Shown in pieces: positions 20,627 to 31,318 of a stretch of DNA of 64,000 nucleotides. A program made the position numbers and the translations under genes. The stretch covers positions 288,001 to 352,000 of the forward strand of contig CM000434.1 of NCBI GenBank assembly GCA_000165345.1. Direction: 5' to 3'. The number at the start of each line of letters is the position of its first letter. The first letter of the stretch is position 1. The notes under the pieces are model-generated. The model did not search any database, was not told the origin of the DNA, and was given only the letters and a program-made list of their open reading frames with translations.

Positions 20627-22387
20627 TTATAAGATCTCTTCTCTTGCATCATACTTTGCGCGTGTTACAACAGGAACATACTCTCCAAGAGAATAGTTTA
20701 TTCTTTTATTATCAGCCTGAATTACAGCATCTGGAACAACAGTAGTAAAACTTTGAATAAAATTAGGAGAGACTTGGGGTCCTTTTGTGTATACTAGATC
20801 TCTTATTTTTTGCTGTAATTTAATTCTCATATGTAACAGTGTTCTTTCGGTACCTCTCAAATAGTTAATATTAGAAACTACAACATAGAACAAAGTGCGA
20901 ATATTTCTCGTTAATGGCATTATCATTTCAAAAGAAACTCTCGAAATATAAAATATTGGAGGCAATATTATAAAGACACCAATAACTGTTGCAATTTTAG
21001 AATTCAAGTTCTGTCCATGCATAAATGCTAATGAAAAGAATATACCATAAAAAACTGTGAGCATTGGTAGCAACGCAATAATTACAAGAATTCTATAAGA
21101 TGCTAAAACGTCTGTCCCCCTGATCTTAACCTTTGAATTTGCCAACGCTTTCTTTCTGTGTCTTTCTGCCATAAATGCAGGAATATACCTAATTGGTGCC
21201 CACAAAGGAAAGAAAGATCCTCCAACTATACTTACCAAAATTAAAAGAAGAAATTTGGTGATGATTAATTTAATACATTCGTAAACTGGTTGTTTAAGCT
21301 GCCAAACTTCTCTATCTGGAACTCCATAGTGATTAATAGTATCCTCGTATTCGCATAAATCTTTTCTTAAATGTTCAAGTTCTGGATCATCATGGAGTGC
21401 CCAAAAAAACTGTGAAAATAATTGGTGGAGTAAATAGTAATTATCTTGAGAAAGAGCTGTTCTGTCTGGTGGATATAATTGTACACAAAGCCGAATGCAT
21501 GTTAAAGTTGTATAGTCCCTTGCAGAAAGTAATACAGAGTTCATTCCTTTTTCAACCATAGATAATAATTCTTTTACTGCGTCTGACGGAGATTCCTCAT
21601 ATTTTTGAGCTAGTTCCAATGTAACAGGAATAGGTTGGCCAATTTCTACAACTGCGCTTGAGAGTGTTTTATGTGGTTCATAGTAATTCAATCCTACAGG
21701 GACAATTAGCAGATCCTCAGCCCCCTCTAATACCGAAGAAAGAGCCATGACTGCAACGCCTGGTTTAAGTGGAAGAAGAGTTGTTCTATCATGGGATCCC
21801 CCTTCTGGGAAAATACCAATTGAATGTCCATTTCTCATTGCATCACTAACCTCTTCATATACCGTGCTCTGGTCAATTTTTGGCATTATAAAGAAAGGAA
21901 AGCCATCTGTATATGTCGCAGAATACTCTGTACCTATTCCCTTATCGATGATGATTTCATCATCTGAAACAACTTCTAAAACTTTTCTAGACACCCCCAG
22001 ATCGTCTATTATTAACGTATCCTGGAATTTTACGTCTATTTTAAATCTTGTCTTAATACCTCTAATTCTTACATCGCTTGAGCTACTCCAAATTAGACCA
22101 CCTATTCCTCTATATCTTAAGTCTTGTGGCCTTTGAACAGGAATGCAACCTGCAGATTGAGCTAATCTACCAATTATTGGCCTTTTAAACGATGCTTCTG
22201 CTATTAAGAACCGTATTTGACGTGGAAAAATCGCAATAAGCATTGCCGCATCCACAAATTGGTTCATATGATTCCCAACAAACAAAACTGGGCCATATAA
22301 AGGTATCCTCTCTTTACCCAAAACTGTAACATTTTTAAAAAATGTTCTCGTAATAATTTGTGCCAACAACTTTACTAAAAAATACAT
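20627..22387 (-). CDS. Glycerol-3-phosphate/DHAP acyltransferase, Sct1/Gpt2 (GPAT) family
   Basis: Acyltransferase motif I VGNHMNQFVDA (HX4D) and the family-diagnostic motif III IFPEGGSHDRT. The C-terminal half has multiple hydrophobic segments. ATG verified. Confidence 0.7.
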   Translation of the reverse strand: MYFLVKLLAQIITRTFFKNVTVLGKERIPLYGPVLFVGNHMNQFVDAAMLIAIFPRQIRFLIAEASFKRPIIGRLAQSAGCIPVQRPQDLRYRGIGGLIWSSSSDVRIRGIKTRFKIDVKFQDTLIIDDLGVSRKVLEVVSDDEIIIDKGIGTEYSATYTDGFPFFIMPKIDQSTVYEEVSDAMRNGHSIGIFPEGGSHDRTTLLPLKPGVAVMALSSVLEGAEDLLIVPVGLNYYEPHKTLSSAVVEIGQPIPVTLELAQKYEESPSDAVKELLSMVEKGMNSVLLSARDYTTLTCIRLCVQLYPPDRTALSQDNYYLLHQLFSQFFWALHDDPELEHLRKDLCEYEDTINHYGVPDREVWQLKQPVYECIKLIITKFLLLILVSIVGGSFFPLWAPIRYIPAFMAERHRKKALANSKVKIRGTDVLASYRILVIIALLPMLTVFYGIFFSLAFMHGQNLNSKIATVIGVFIILPPIFYISRVSFEMIMPLTRNIRTLFYVVVSNINYLRGTERTLLHMRIKLQQKIRDLVYTKGPQVSPNFIQSFTTVVPDAVIQADNKRINYSLGEYVPVVTRAKYDAREEIL

Positions 22388-22614
22388 GTTCGGAAGGGAT
22401 CAACAATAAATAGAACCGTGTAATGATAAAAATCGTTCTCTGTTTATTATACAGGGATACATATGTCAAAATAAGCAGCTATGGTATTTTTTTCGACTAC
22501 GGTTTGAAGGGTAAACTTGAATTATTTTCGTATAGGCAATCCCCACTATTAAGCGCGTTTAGGAAAAAAAAAGAATAAAATATTTTCAGATAATCTTATA
22601 AGTAGCATTATTTT

Positions 22615-25600
22615 CTATAGAAATAGCGATTTAATAAATGTGTTCCAATGTGGAGTTAGTTTAATATCAGAATATGAATCATTCTCTTGAAGAATTCCTT
22701 CGTCACATTGTTCGAACGTAATAAAATTGTCAAGGTCATCATCTATTTCCTTAATATTACAATGATTATTTCTTCTATTAGACCCTGACTGATCTAAGCT
22801 ATTGGGGTCAACCCAATTAGAACTTATTATATTATGTATGTAATCGCATTCTCTTAACATATCATTACAATCTAAAATTGTCATGCTCCATACTTCATTT
22901 GATGATGTGCATTTTAATTCTAAATTTCCTGAACCGTTAATATTTTCATCTTCATCAAAAAATTCTTCGTCATCATCCATTTTTGGAGGTAATTTAATTC
23001 TTTCCATCTTCGATAGTTCTGTACTAAGAGTTTCAATACCCATTTCAATCAAATTGATAGCATTTCTAATCCAAAGGTTATCTTTGTCAGTTAAATTATT
23101 TCCATTGAAAAAAATAACTTGAAAACACATTTCAAAAATTCCAACTAATCTATTAAAAACAAATATTGCTTTGTTAAGAGACTCAAGTTCAGCAATTGCA
23201 TTTATTGAAGGTAAATCGCTTAAAGTATTATTGATTAGGAGTGAATTTTGATCAAGAATTGCAACAAAAACAAATTTAATGGATTGTAATAATTGAAAAC
23301 CAGAATTCCTGAGGATACAAAGAGAAATTTCTGGAATTTCGTCATAAAAATAATCATGGGAAAATTTTAAAACTTCAACACAGACATTAAAAATAAGCAC
23401 CTTGTTTTCTTTACGATTCCAAAGTGCTATTCTTGAAGCGATATCAGTAATAACACTTGAAATGTCTTTAACCGACTGAGTATTGTTGGCAATAAACTTA
23501 ATTAAGTAAATTATTATTTCCATGTACCAATCTTTTGAGAAATCGTCATCATTTAGTAAATACGGAATATTTGTTTGAACAAAGATTTTGCACTTTGAAT
23601 TTCTAAGTTTAGAACCATGTTTATCTATTTCGCTCAAATTCTCAATTTCTTCTGCCTCACTACTTTCAGAACCTTCATGAATTGTGCTCAGCCCATGATA
23701 ATTAATTTCATTATTAGTTCCACTTATGTTATTGAAATTAAATATTGATCTTTTAGAAATTGTATTTGATGGTAACAAAAAAAACAAACTGTTCTCCATT
23801 ATATTTAGAACAAATTCTGTATTCGAATTCTGAAACCCAATAGTTTTTCCTCCAACAGAATCATTATTAATAATGTTTAAATCTTGGGGAATAAATTCCC
23901 GAATTACATTGATAGCATTAAGTATAATTTTAAGGTGAAAAATACACGAGTATGATTTTGTATCTTCCTTCAAAGCTAAGTAAGTTGCTTTGCTTGCACC
24001 ATTATTAGTTTGTTCATCTAATATAGAAATCGACCTTTTATTAGAAGAACTATTTCTTGAAATAATTATTGGAGTTATTCTTTTTTTATGAATTGGTGTG
24101 ATAGTATTACATGATTTTTTAGATGACACAGAAATGGGCGTTATATTTTGATCGTTAATATCACTATTACTTGAGTTTGGAGTTCTTCTAATATTTGGAG
24201 TACTAAACCCATCAAATGCGTTAATTAATTCATTTGTCCCATCAGTTTCAATATTGTTGTAAACATTTGTAGCTAGGCATTCAATTCTGAAAGAAAATAA
24301 GTGGCAAAGTCTCACAAGCAAGTATTGAAAATCAATATTTGATAATATAGTTTGCCCTAATTCATTATTCAGTACAATTATTAACAAATATATTAGTAAA
24401 CTTCTAAAAATAATTCTCTGGGGATCTCCTGACTCCTTCATAATAGCAACATCATCTTTAATTTCATTAATTAGTATACTTATTAACTTTTCCAATAACT
24501 CAAAAGTTATATTATTGTAAAATGAATACTCTATTTTGTTTGAAATTCGAATTAAAGTTTTAATTTCTGAGCAATCAGCTCTATTCATTTCATCAATATT
24601 TATGTTGCTATTAATAATAGTAACAATAGAAACAATTAATGCATGATAAACCCATGTTTTTGATATATAATAACTTTGATATATTTCTTCTCCAATTGGC
24701 TGAAATACATTAATAATTCCTAAATATTCAGCGTATGAATCAATACAACACACAAAACACTTTTTTTTATTATCGTTTTCGCATGTATGAATTAAACTCG
24801 AAATGCTTTGATCGTTTGTATTGATGTTTGAATTGTCAAGTGCATTTTTTAATAAAAATCTATCAATATCAAAAGGACTCTCAACACCAAGATTTTTACA
24901 ATAGTTAATAACTTCTTCCAAAAACTCTATACAAAATTGTTTTGGTATACTTACTTCTTGTTGTTCAATCTCAAATATTTTATCATTGAATTCACATTCG
25001 CTGTTATTGAAGCAGGCATCTTCTCCTATAAGGTAATTAGATGGATGAATGGAATATTTGAATTTATATAATGACATATTTACTCGTTTAATAATTGGAA
25101 TGTATAGAATTGCAATTAAGTGTATCATTGTTGAATAATTCATTTTGAAAATACCTAGATCATTTAAAGTATTATTTTGTAAGCTCTCAATTAATTTATC
25201 TTTTGGCTCGCAAATTAAATTCTTAGAATTATAAAACTCTTGATTTTCTGATAATTGGTTAAAAATCCCCAATAATGAAACTTTTGGATTGCGTTTAGCT
25301 AGATTGGTCCAATCATTTTCATCTAGAAAATGACGATTTATTGAACCACTTTTTTGTATGTATTGCTTCATTTCAAAGAATAATTTACAAAGAGAAGGAT
25401 TTAAATGAAAAAACTCTAGTAACTTCATGTAAATTGACGTTAAGGCTAATGAAATATTGATAGATAAATTTTTGTCTTCATTATTTTGTTTTGAATCGAT
25501 AATTTGTGGCATATTACGAATATACTGAAGATAGTTGCCTTCCAATAGCTGAAAGATCATGTTGATGATCTTAAAATTTTCGATATTCCTTGAAATTAAA

Positions 25601-27279
25601 TGATAAGTACAATTCATGAATTGAATATAAGGAAAGTTTTGGGAATTTATCAAATGAATGTTTCTAAAATTTGAGATATTTAACTGAACTCTTTTTGATA
25701 TTCCTTCTGGGAAGATATCCTTTTTATATAAAAGAGTCATACAGCTTCCAATCAACAAAAATCCAAACGAATATAGTTCTTCATAAATACTATCAAATAG
25801 ATAAAGAATCGTAATATCACTTGTTTTTGGATGTAATATGGCCAGAAATAAAAGTGTTATCAAAATCTCTTCAAATATTTCATTTTTACTATTGCATTGA
25901 AAGCTAGGTAAGCTTCTCTGTGTATTTCTGAATTTGTATATGTTTAATATTGAGTTAAATACTAAGACTACAAAAGCGTCATTATTTTCAATTATTTGGC
26001 TACTAATTTCGTTCATATCAATTATTAAACTTGGATGTCTTCTAAAATGTTTAATAAGATACTTTATTTGTAATAAATGATCTGAAAACTCGTACTTGTA
26101 AAATGAGGAGTTATTATCCTTGCCACCACTAGTCAAGTAATAAAGTATATTAAATGATTCTTCATAAATCAAATTGAACTCATCTAAAAGTTCAAAATCA
26201 ATGCCATAGTAAATAAAAATTAATGATGAAATGAAATATATAATTAAATTATATATTTCACTACAGGATTCAAATGAGATCTTTTTATGTTTACAAGAAC
26301 AATATGTGTGCTCATTTTCGAAGTTGGAATTGGATTGAGTTTTCGAATTGCAATTTTCAATTTTTGTATTTAGAATTAACTCGACGGTTAAAGGAAAAAA
26401 CTCAATTGTAAATGGAAAAAAATTAATAAATGAGCTGAACAGAATAAGCAGAAGCTTGTTATTTGAAAGAAAGCTAGAGTTGTCTCTAATCCAGTCTATA
26501 TGGGTACTTCTGCTTGAATTTTCAACTATCCAATCGTCAATTTTACACAAACAGGTTCTTTCATCCCATAATTTTAATTCAAATAGAGATTCGCGAAATG
26601 AATTTTCATCGGCCAATGACTTAAAAATTTGCAATGCAAAGCTCCAGAAATCACTCTTTAAATCTCTCGAAGAATAATTTTCTTCAAAACATTCTTCTAA
26701 CTCTTCTTTCCAATTAGATATTTGGCTATTTGGAAACAAATATTTGGTGCTAATTTCCAAATCGCAACAGATTAACATAATAATATAGTTCCGTGCCCTT
26801 CCAGATACTATTCCAAGTAGAGCATCTCTCAATACTTCGTATCTTATATCTTCCCTTATTTGATTTTTTGAAAAATTTAACTTTTGCCTATACAATATAT
26901 AACACCATTCGAAAAACAACGGTATTACGGAAACATCAAAATCTTCCATTCTAATAATAAACTCTGCAAAAAATCTTTTCAGTTTAGAACCAGTAATATG
27001 CCTTGAAGTGATACTCAGCATTCTTTCAAAAATTCTAAAATGTGGGATCGCATTCATAAAATCTTTAATAACTATTGATTCCAGAAAAAGCTGGATCCAA
27101 TCTTCCATTTCAAATTTGGTTTTATTCTCAAACATTTTTTTCAAAAAAATATTTGAATATGATACATTTTTTATTGGCCTACACTTTTTATAGTTTTTTT
27201 TCTCTTTGTTAAAAGCGCAATGGATTTCATTAACGTCGGTATTTCTTCCTCTTTTCTTTTTGCATCGAATGCCTCTCAT
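22615..27279 (-). CDS. Hypothetical large protein (1554 aa)
   Basis: ATG verified (cat at 27277..27279). Long uninterrupted ORF with a basic N-terminus (MRGIRCKKKRGRN). No recognisable domain. Confidence 0.6.
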   Translation of the reverse strand: MRGIRCKKKRGRNTDVNEIHCAFNKEKKNYKKCRPIKNVSYSNIFLKKMFENKTKFEMEDWIQLFLESIVIKDFMNAIPHFRIFERMLSITSRHITGSKLKRFFAEFIIRMEDFDVSVIPLFFEWCYILYRQKLNFSKNQIREDIRYEVLRDALLGIVSGRARNYIIMLICCDLEISTKYLFPNSQISNWKEELEECFEENYSSRDLKSDFWSFALQIFKSLADENSFRESLFELKLWDERTCLCKIDDWIVENSSRSTHIDWIRDNSSFLSNNKLLLILFSSFINFFPFTIEFFPLTVELILNTKIENCNSKTQSNSNFENEHTYCSCKHKKISFESCSEIYNLIIYFISSLIFIYYGIDFELLDEFNLIYEESFNILYYLTSGGKDNNSSFYKYEFSDHLLQIKYLIKHFRRHPSLIIDMNEISSQIIENNDAFVVLVFNSILNIYKFRNTQRSLPSFQCNSKNEIFEEILITLLFLAILHPKTSDITILYLFDSIYEELYSFGFLLIGSCMTLLYKKDIFPEGISKRVQLNISNFRNIHLINSQNFPYIQFMNCTYHLISRNIENFKIINMIFQLLEGNYLQYIRNMPQIIDSKQNNEDKNLSINISLALTSIYMKLLEFFHLNPSLCKLFFEMKQYIQKSGSINRHFLDENDWTNLAKRNPKVSLLGIFNQLSENQEFYNSKNLICEPKDKLIESLQNNTLNDLGIFKMNYSTMIHLIAILYIPIIKRVNMSLYKFKYSIHPSNYLIGEDACFNNSECEFNDKIFEIEQQEVSIPKQFCIEFLEEVINYCKNLGVESPFDIDRFLLKNALDNSNINTNDQSISSLIHTCENDNKKKCFVCCIDSYAEYLGIINVFQPIGEEIYQSYYISKTWVYHALIVSIVTIINSNINIDEMNRADCSEIKTLIRISNKIEYSFYNNITFELLEKLISILINEIKDDVAIMKESGDPQRIIFRSLLIYLLIIVLNNELGQTILSNIDFQYLLVRLCHLFSFRIECLATNVYNNIETDGTNELINAFDGFSTPNIRRTPNSSNSDINDQNITPISVSSKKSCNTITPIHKKRITPIIISRNSSSNKRSISILDEQTNNGASKATYLALKEDTKSYSCIFHLKIILNAINVIREFIPQDLNIINNDSVGGKTIGFQNSNTEFVLNIMENSLFFLLPSNTISKRSIFNFNNISGTNNEINYHGLSTIHEGSESSEAEEIENLSEIDKHGSKLRNSKCKIFVQTNIPYLLNDDDFSKDWYMEIIIYLIKFIANNTQSVKDISSVITDIASRIALWNRKENKVLIFNVCVEVLKFSHDYFYDEIPEISLCILRNSGFQLLQSIKFVFVAILDQNSLLINNTLSDLPSINAIAELESLNKAIFVFNRLVGIFEMCFQVIFFNGNNLTDKDNLWIRNAINLIEMGIETLSTELSKMERIKLPPKMDDDEEFFDEDENINGSGNLELKCTSSNEVWSMTILDCNDMLRECDYIHNIISSNWVDPNSLDQSGSNRRNNHCNIKEIDDDLDNFITFEQCDEGILQENDSYSDIKLTPHWNTFIKSLFL

Positions 27280-27663
27280 AATTAATAAGCAGGAAGATGA
27301 AAAAAGACAATTATTATAATTGCTTACAGAACCGTATGCATTTCGATTAATTAGTTATTTTTTATCCATAATGTGGTCACGCTAGTATCAATTTACACTT
27401 ACGCACAAATTTTTCCTAATTTTTATGCTAGCACAAGGCGGTAAAACATATTTTGACAACTAAAATAATTAATTTATTTTGAAATTGTTTGCCTTGTAAA
27501 TATTTAAAATTGTTGCATTCTAATATAAAAATAATAATTTCTCTATCCCAAACGTCACCTCTATTTCCTGTACATTGCTGAATAATGAGAAAAGTTGAAT
27601 TTTTTAAATTTTAATTGTAAAAATACATACTAGAATTATTAAAAATAAAAGAACAGATTTGCA

Positions 27664-28287
27664 ATGTTAATCGCATTCTCCGTATGCCTTTTAGCAACGA
27701 TCATTTTCTGTAATTTTGCACTGATTTTTTGTAGAAGAATACCGTGCGAATTTGAAGGGAATCGAGATGTTCGTCATAGAAATAGCTTTTCAATTCGTAT
27801 CTCCGATAGAAATTCAATAGTTTCGCAAACAATCAGCAATGAAGAACTCTCAAAAATTGCCCCGGTAAAAAAGTATAGTTCGCTTTCAAATAAACATTAT
27901 AGAAGAGAGTACAATATTTATAATAAGAGCAGCTCGTTCTCTGGATATTTATCCTCTGGTTCAACGCATAAGTCAAAAAACAACTATTCCTGTGTAATAT
28001 GTTTAAATAATATTTGTGATGAAGACCTAGTGAGAAAACTTCCTTGTAAACACATTTACCATTTTAATTGCATTGATGAGTGGGTAAAAATAAAGTCAAA
28101 TTGCCCTCTATGTAATATCAATCTTACTTCAATTTATAATCAAAATATTCGGGATAGAGAATTGATGCATTCGCCTAACAGAATTCAAAACTATGAAGAA
28201 GTCGAATTTTCTGAGATATATAATTCAAGCAACTTGCTGAACGATAAGCTTTTAGCTTCAAAATTCGATGTTTTAATTAAAAATTAA
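27664..28287 (+). CDS. RING-H2 E3 ubiquitin ligase with an N-terminal transmembrane anchor
   Basis: CVICLNNICDEDLVRKLPCKHIYHFNCIDEWVKIKSNCPLCN is a C3H2C3 RING-H2. The N-terminal hydrophobic segment is MLIAFSVCLLATIIFCNFALIFC. Confidence 0.75.
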   Translation: MLIAFSVCLLATIIFCNFALIFCRRIPCEFEGNRDVRHRNSFSIRISDRNSIVSQTISNEELSKIAPVKKYSSLSNKHYRREYNIYNKSSSFSGYLSSGSTHKSKNNYSCVICLNNICDEDLVRKLPCKHIYHFNCIDEWVKIKSNCPLCNINLTSIYNQNIRDRELMHSPNRIQNYEEVEFSEIYNSSNLLNDKLLASKFDVLIKN

Positions 28288-28326
28288 TAAAACAATATAT
28301 CAAGATCATAATTAAATAACGGAGCG

Positions 28327-28334
28327 TTCCCGCC
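28327..28334 (+). promoter_or_regulatory. E2F-like TTCCCGCC, 74 bp upstream of the TSP1/Apple gene ATG
   Basis: GTTCCCGCCTTTC seen directly. Confidence 0.35.
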
Positions 28335-28407
28335 TTTCAGTTGTTAATTGACCAATCAATTCTCAAATTTTTTCAAGGCAAATATTACACGGCTTTTCGA
28401 TGGGAAA

Positions 28408-29472
28408 ATGGTTATATTTCCAATTAGGTACATAAGGAATACATTGGTATTATTTATTATTTTTTTCATTCATAATATAAACTGCAAAGCGCAAGAAAAA
28501 CCCGAAATGGCAAATTGTCCAAATTATGGATCAGTTTCACATGGGTTCCTGTGTCTTGGTCTAAATAAATTGAAATCATTTAAGACTGAATCATGGATAA
28601 GCTGTGCAAATGAATGTACAAAACATTCTGCTTCATTTAAATATAGGAAGTGCAAGTATTGGTCATGGAGGGCAACGGATTTTTCGTGTAGCTTAAAGTC
28701 TAAGTCATCTCGCTGTTCGGCAAGAGACGATTCATATGTATCAGGAACAATACCTACATCAATGGCCGGATACTGCTCTACAACATGTGTGGTGGGGGAA
28801 TGGTCAGGATGGTCAAGATGCACTCGTTCGAGGCCATGCGGAGGTTATTCTGAGCGTATGCGAAATGTTATTTTTTCACCGATGTTCCCGGGTGAAATTT
28901 GTCCGAATAAGAGTGAATTGAGGTCCTGTAAGCTTGATAAACTACGTTGCCCAGCGAATTGTCCAGATTATGGGATCGTTGCTTTGGGATGGGGCTGTAG
29001 TGCCTATGAAATTCCGGGAGGTGGTTCCAAATTAATTCAAAATATAGATATTAAAAAATGCAGGGATGAGTGTATTAATAATAAGAGCTGTGTGTATTGG
29101 TCTTATGGTATATGGGATCAAACAATTGGTGAAAGAAGCACTTTTCCCAAAATAGAAATGGTTTCAATTGAAGATGGGACTCCTGTTTGCATTAATGTTT
29201 ATAACCATATAGGGTGTATGTTTAAACTTGAAGGTTGGGTTTCTGGGAATTCTGAGACCATCATCTCTGAAAAAGCTTGCTCGATAGATTGCGCCACATC
29301 CATGTGGTCTAATTGGTCAAACTGTATTTTTAATCCAAATGATGGACAAAGTTACAAGAAAAGATATAGGTCTATAATTACCAAAAATAATGACAGTGGA
29401 TTAGAGTGTCCAGACCTCCAGGAAACATCATTGTGCGAAACCACGTCAAACAATGAGCGTTTTAATTCGTAA
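28408..29472 (+). CDS. Secreted Cys-rich adhesin-like protein with PAN/Apple-like modules and two thrombospondin type-1 (TSP1) repeats. It belongs to the TSP family of apicomplexan surface/microneme proteins and has no C-terminal TM.
   Basis: The track start at 28348 is TTG; the first in-frame ATG at 28408 gives the signal peptide MVIFPIRYIRNTLVLFIIFFIHNINC. TSP1 signatures are EWSGWSRCTRSRPCGG and MWSNWSNC...LECPDLQETSLC. There are two Cys-patterned Apple-like repeats (CPNYG...CANEC...KYRKCKYWSW; CPANCPDYG...CRDECINNKSCVYWSY). Confidence 0.75.
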   Translation: MVIFPIRYIRNTLVLFIIFFIHNINCKAQEKPEMANCPNYGSVSHGFLCLGLNKLKSFKTESWISCANECTKHSASFKYRKCKYWSWRATDFSCSLKSKSSRCSARDDSYVSGTIPTSMAGYCSTTCVVGEWSGWSRCTRSRPCGGYSERMRNVIFSPMFPGEICPNKSELRSCKLDKLRCPANCPDYGIVALGWGCSAYEIPGGGSKLIQNIDIKKCRDECINNKSCVYWSYGIWDQTIGERSTFPKIEMVSIEDGTPVCINVYNHIGCMFKLEGWVSGNSETIISEKACSIDCATSMWSNWSNCIFNPNDGQSYKKRYRSIITKNNDSGLECPDLQETSLCETTSNNERFNS

Positions 29473-29918
29473 CTTTTAATTTTAAAACTCGTTATAGTTT
29501 AATAGTAATTAAAATAGCTGAATATTTTTGTATTTCTTGAACCAAATGCTGTATGGGCTTAACTACGGGCTTTTATTGAATACAATATTACTTGTATTTC
29601 ATTATTTTCAAATTTTAGATTCAATATAGTTATATTCGTTTACCAGGTAAATAGCTATCCATGACCTTTTTTTCTGCAACATTTAATTAGCAATAAATTT
29701 ATGGCGGGTATTTGTCCCCACATTTGTCCTCATGCATCCTTTGGTTCATGTATAAAATTTGGGATTCAAGAACAGGAGGAAGTTATATTTTTTTTAGAAA
29801 TTAATAATTTTCTAATAATAAACTGAGGTGGAAATAAATAGGAGGTATTTTGCTAACATTTATCGTATTTTAACTTTATAAGGAATTGAAAACCTAGAGT
29901 GTTATATTTATAAATAAA

Positions 29919-31217
29919 ATGGAAATTAGTGAAAATACCTTCCAAGATGTTAAGCTAGATAAATTTCCTGATTTGGATGGCAATCAATTTAAAAGAAATG
30001 ACACTGCTGTTAGCGAACTTTGTGACTCCAAATATTCAATTGGGAAGAAGATTTTCCCGGAAAATAGTGATCACCATAGGCCAGAGGATAACAAAGCAAA
30101 GCAATTTAAAAAAAGTGATGAACAATCTGAAAAAGCTACTAATAATGAAGATATGGAAAATCTTAATAATGCCAGTAATCTATTTGATGTAAAGGGGTCT
30201 CAAAAACCAAAGAATTTAAGTGATAATAGTTTAGATCACGATTCAAATGTGGACAATAGCCAGGTTTCAGCTAGGATAATAATGCTTGATTTAGATAATA
30301 CATTGATTCCTACAAATTGGATAATGCAAACATGGAGAAACATTCAATGCGAAATGGGCAATGAAGGAGATAGTATAGACTATGGAGAAAATGAAAGCAG
30401 CCTTTATGAGCTAACTGAACAAATTAGAAATGAATTAGTTCAAGTAGGATTATTTGATTTACTTGATCAGTTCTTTTCCGATCTATGGAGTACTGGAATG
30501 GCATATAAAATTGTAATAATTACAAATGCCGGACTGAGAACTGTAGAATTATTTTATCTAAAATACTGCCTTCCAAAGCTAGGTGATATTTTAAAGAAAT
30601 ATAATGTTGAAATTAATTCAACAGAAGAGTATATTAGAAAAAAAGGCCCTCCTCCATCTCCTTTCAGTGAGGAGGAATATCGAGAATTTTATACAAATGC
30701 AAAATTACATGAATTTCAAAAGGTATTATTAGATTGCTGGGGGAATAACTTAGAATGTAATGATGACTTTCCTTCCATGTTTGATGTTATATCTGCAGGT
30801 GATCAAGCTTGCGAAATGACAGCAGCTTGCAGAATAAGCAAATTTTATGAAAACAAAATACGTCGCACAAAACTCATTTATATTCATGATCCGGAAGATT
30901 TTCGATTCTGGAAACAAAAGCCGGAGAGCTTTATGAAACAACTTTCAGAAACCCACAGAGAACTATTAAATCTACTTAGTGATGATTCAGAAACTTTGAT
31001 TGGTTGTAGTGATATGAATTCAACAGGATTCACAAATTTGGAGGAAGAAAATGATGAGGAATTTGAAGAGGTTGCATTAGGATGGTACTGTAAAGGTAAA
31101 TATATTAATATTGCAATAAGCAAGCCTGAAAGATTTGTGTTGCCGCAAGGTAGTAGTGAAACTTATCTTGAAACTGAAAGAGATTATTTTGAAAAAGAAG
31201 TAGGTATGGCTCTTTAG
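29919..31217 (+). CDS. Hypothetical protein with a HAD-superfamily-like phosphatase core (motif I IIMLDLDNTLI; motif II VIITNAG)
   Basis: hhhhDxDxT(L)h and hhhhT motifs lie about 75 aa apart, and GDxxxE lies further downstream. The N-terminus is low-complexity. ATG verified. Confidence 0.4.
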   Translation: MEISENTFQDVKLDKFPDLDGNQFKRNDTAVSELCDSKYSIGKKIFPENSDHHRPEDNKAKQFKKSDEQSEKATNNEDMENLNNASNLFDVKGSQKPKNLSDNSLDHDSNVDNSQVSARIIMLDLDNTLIPTNWIMQTWRNIQCEMGNEGDSIDYGENESSLYELTEQIRNELVQVGLFDLLDQFFSDLWSTGMAYKIVIITNAGLRTVELFYLKYCLPKLGDILKKYNVEINSTEEYIRKKGPPPSPFSEEEYREFYTNAKLHEFQKVLLDCWGNNLECNDDFPSMFDVISAGDQACEMTAACRISKFYENKIRRTKLIYIHDPEDFRFWKQKPESFMKQLSETHRELLNLLSDDSETLIGCSDMNSTGFTNLEEENDEEFEEVALGWYCKGKYINIAISKPERFVLPQGSSETYLETERDYFEKEVGMAL

Positions 31218-31318
31218 ATATGAAAAAAAATTGAGTTAAACGTAGATTATATTAAAAAAATTCTATTACTTATTCTAAATTAACTTGTCATTACTAAAAA
31301 AGTAACTAATTTTTAAAT

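Noticed and set aside
21747-22136. 129-aa + ORF inside the GPAT gene
   Set aside because: Antisense to a well-supported acyltransferase CDS.
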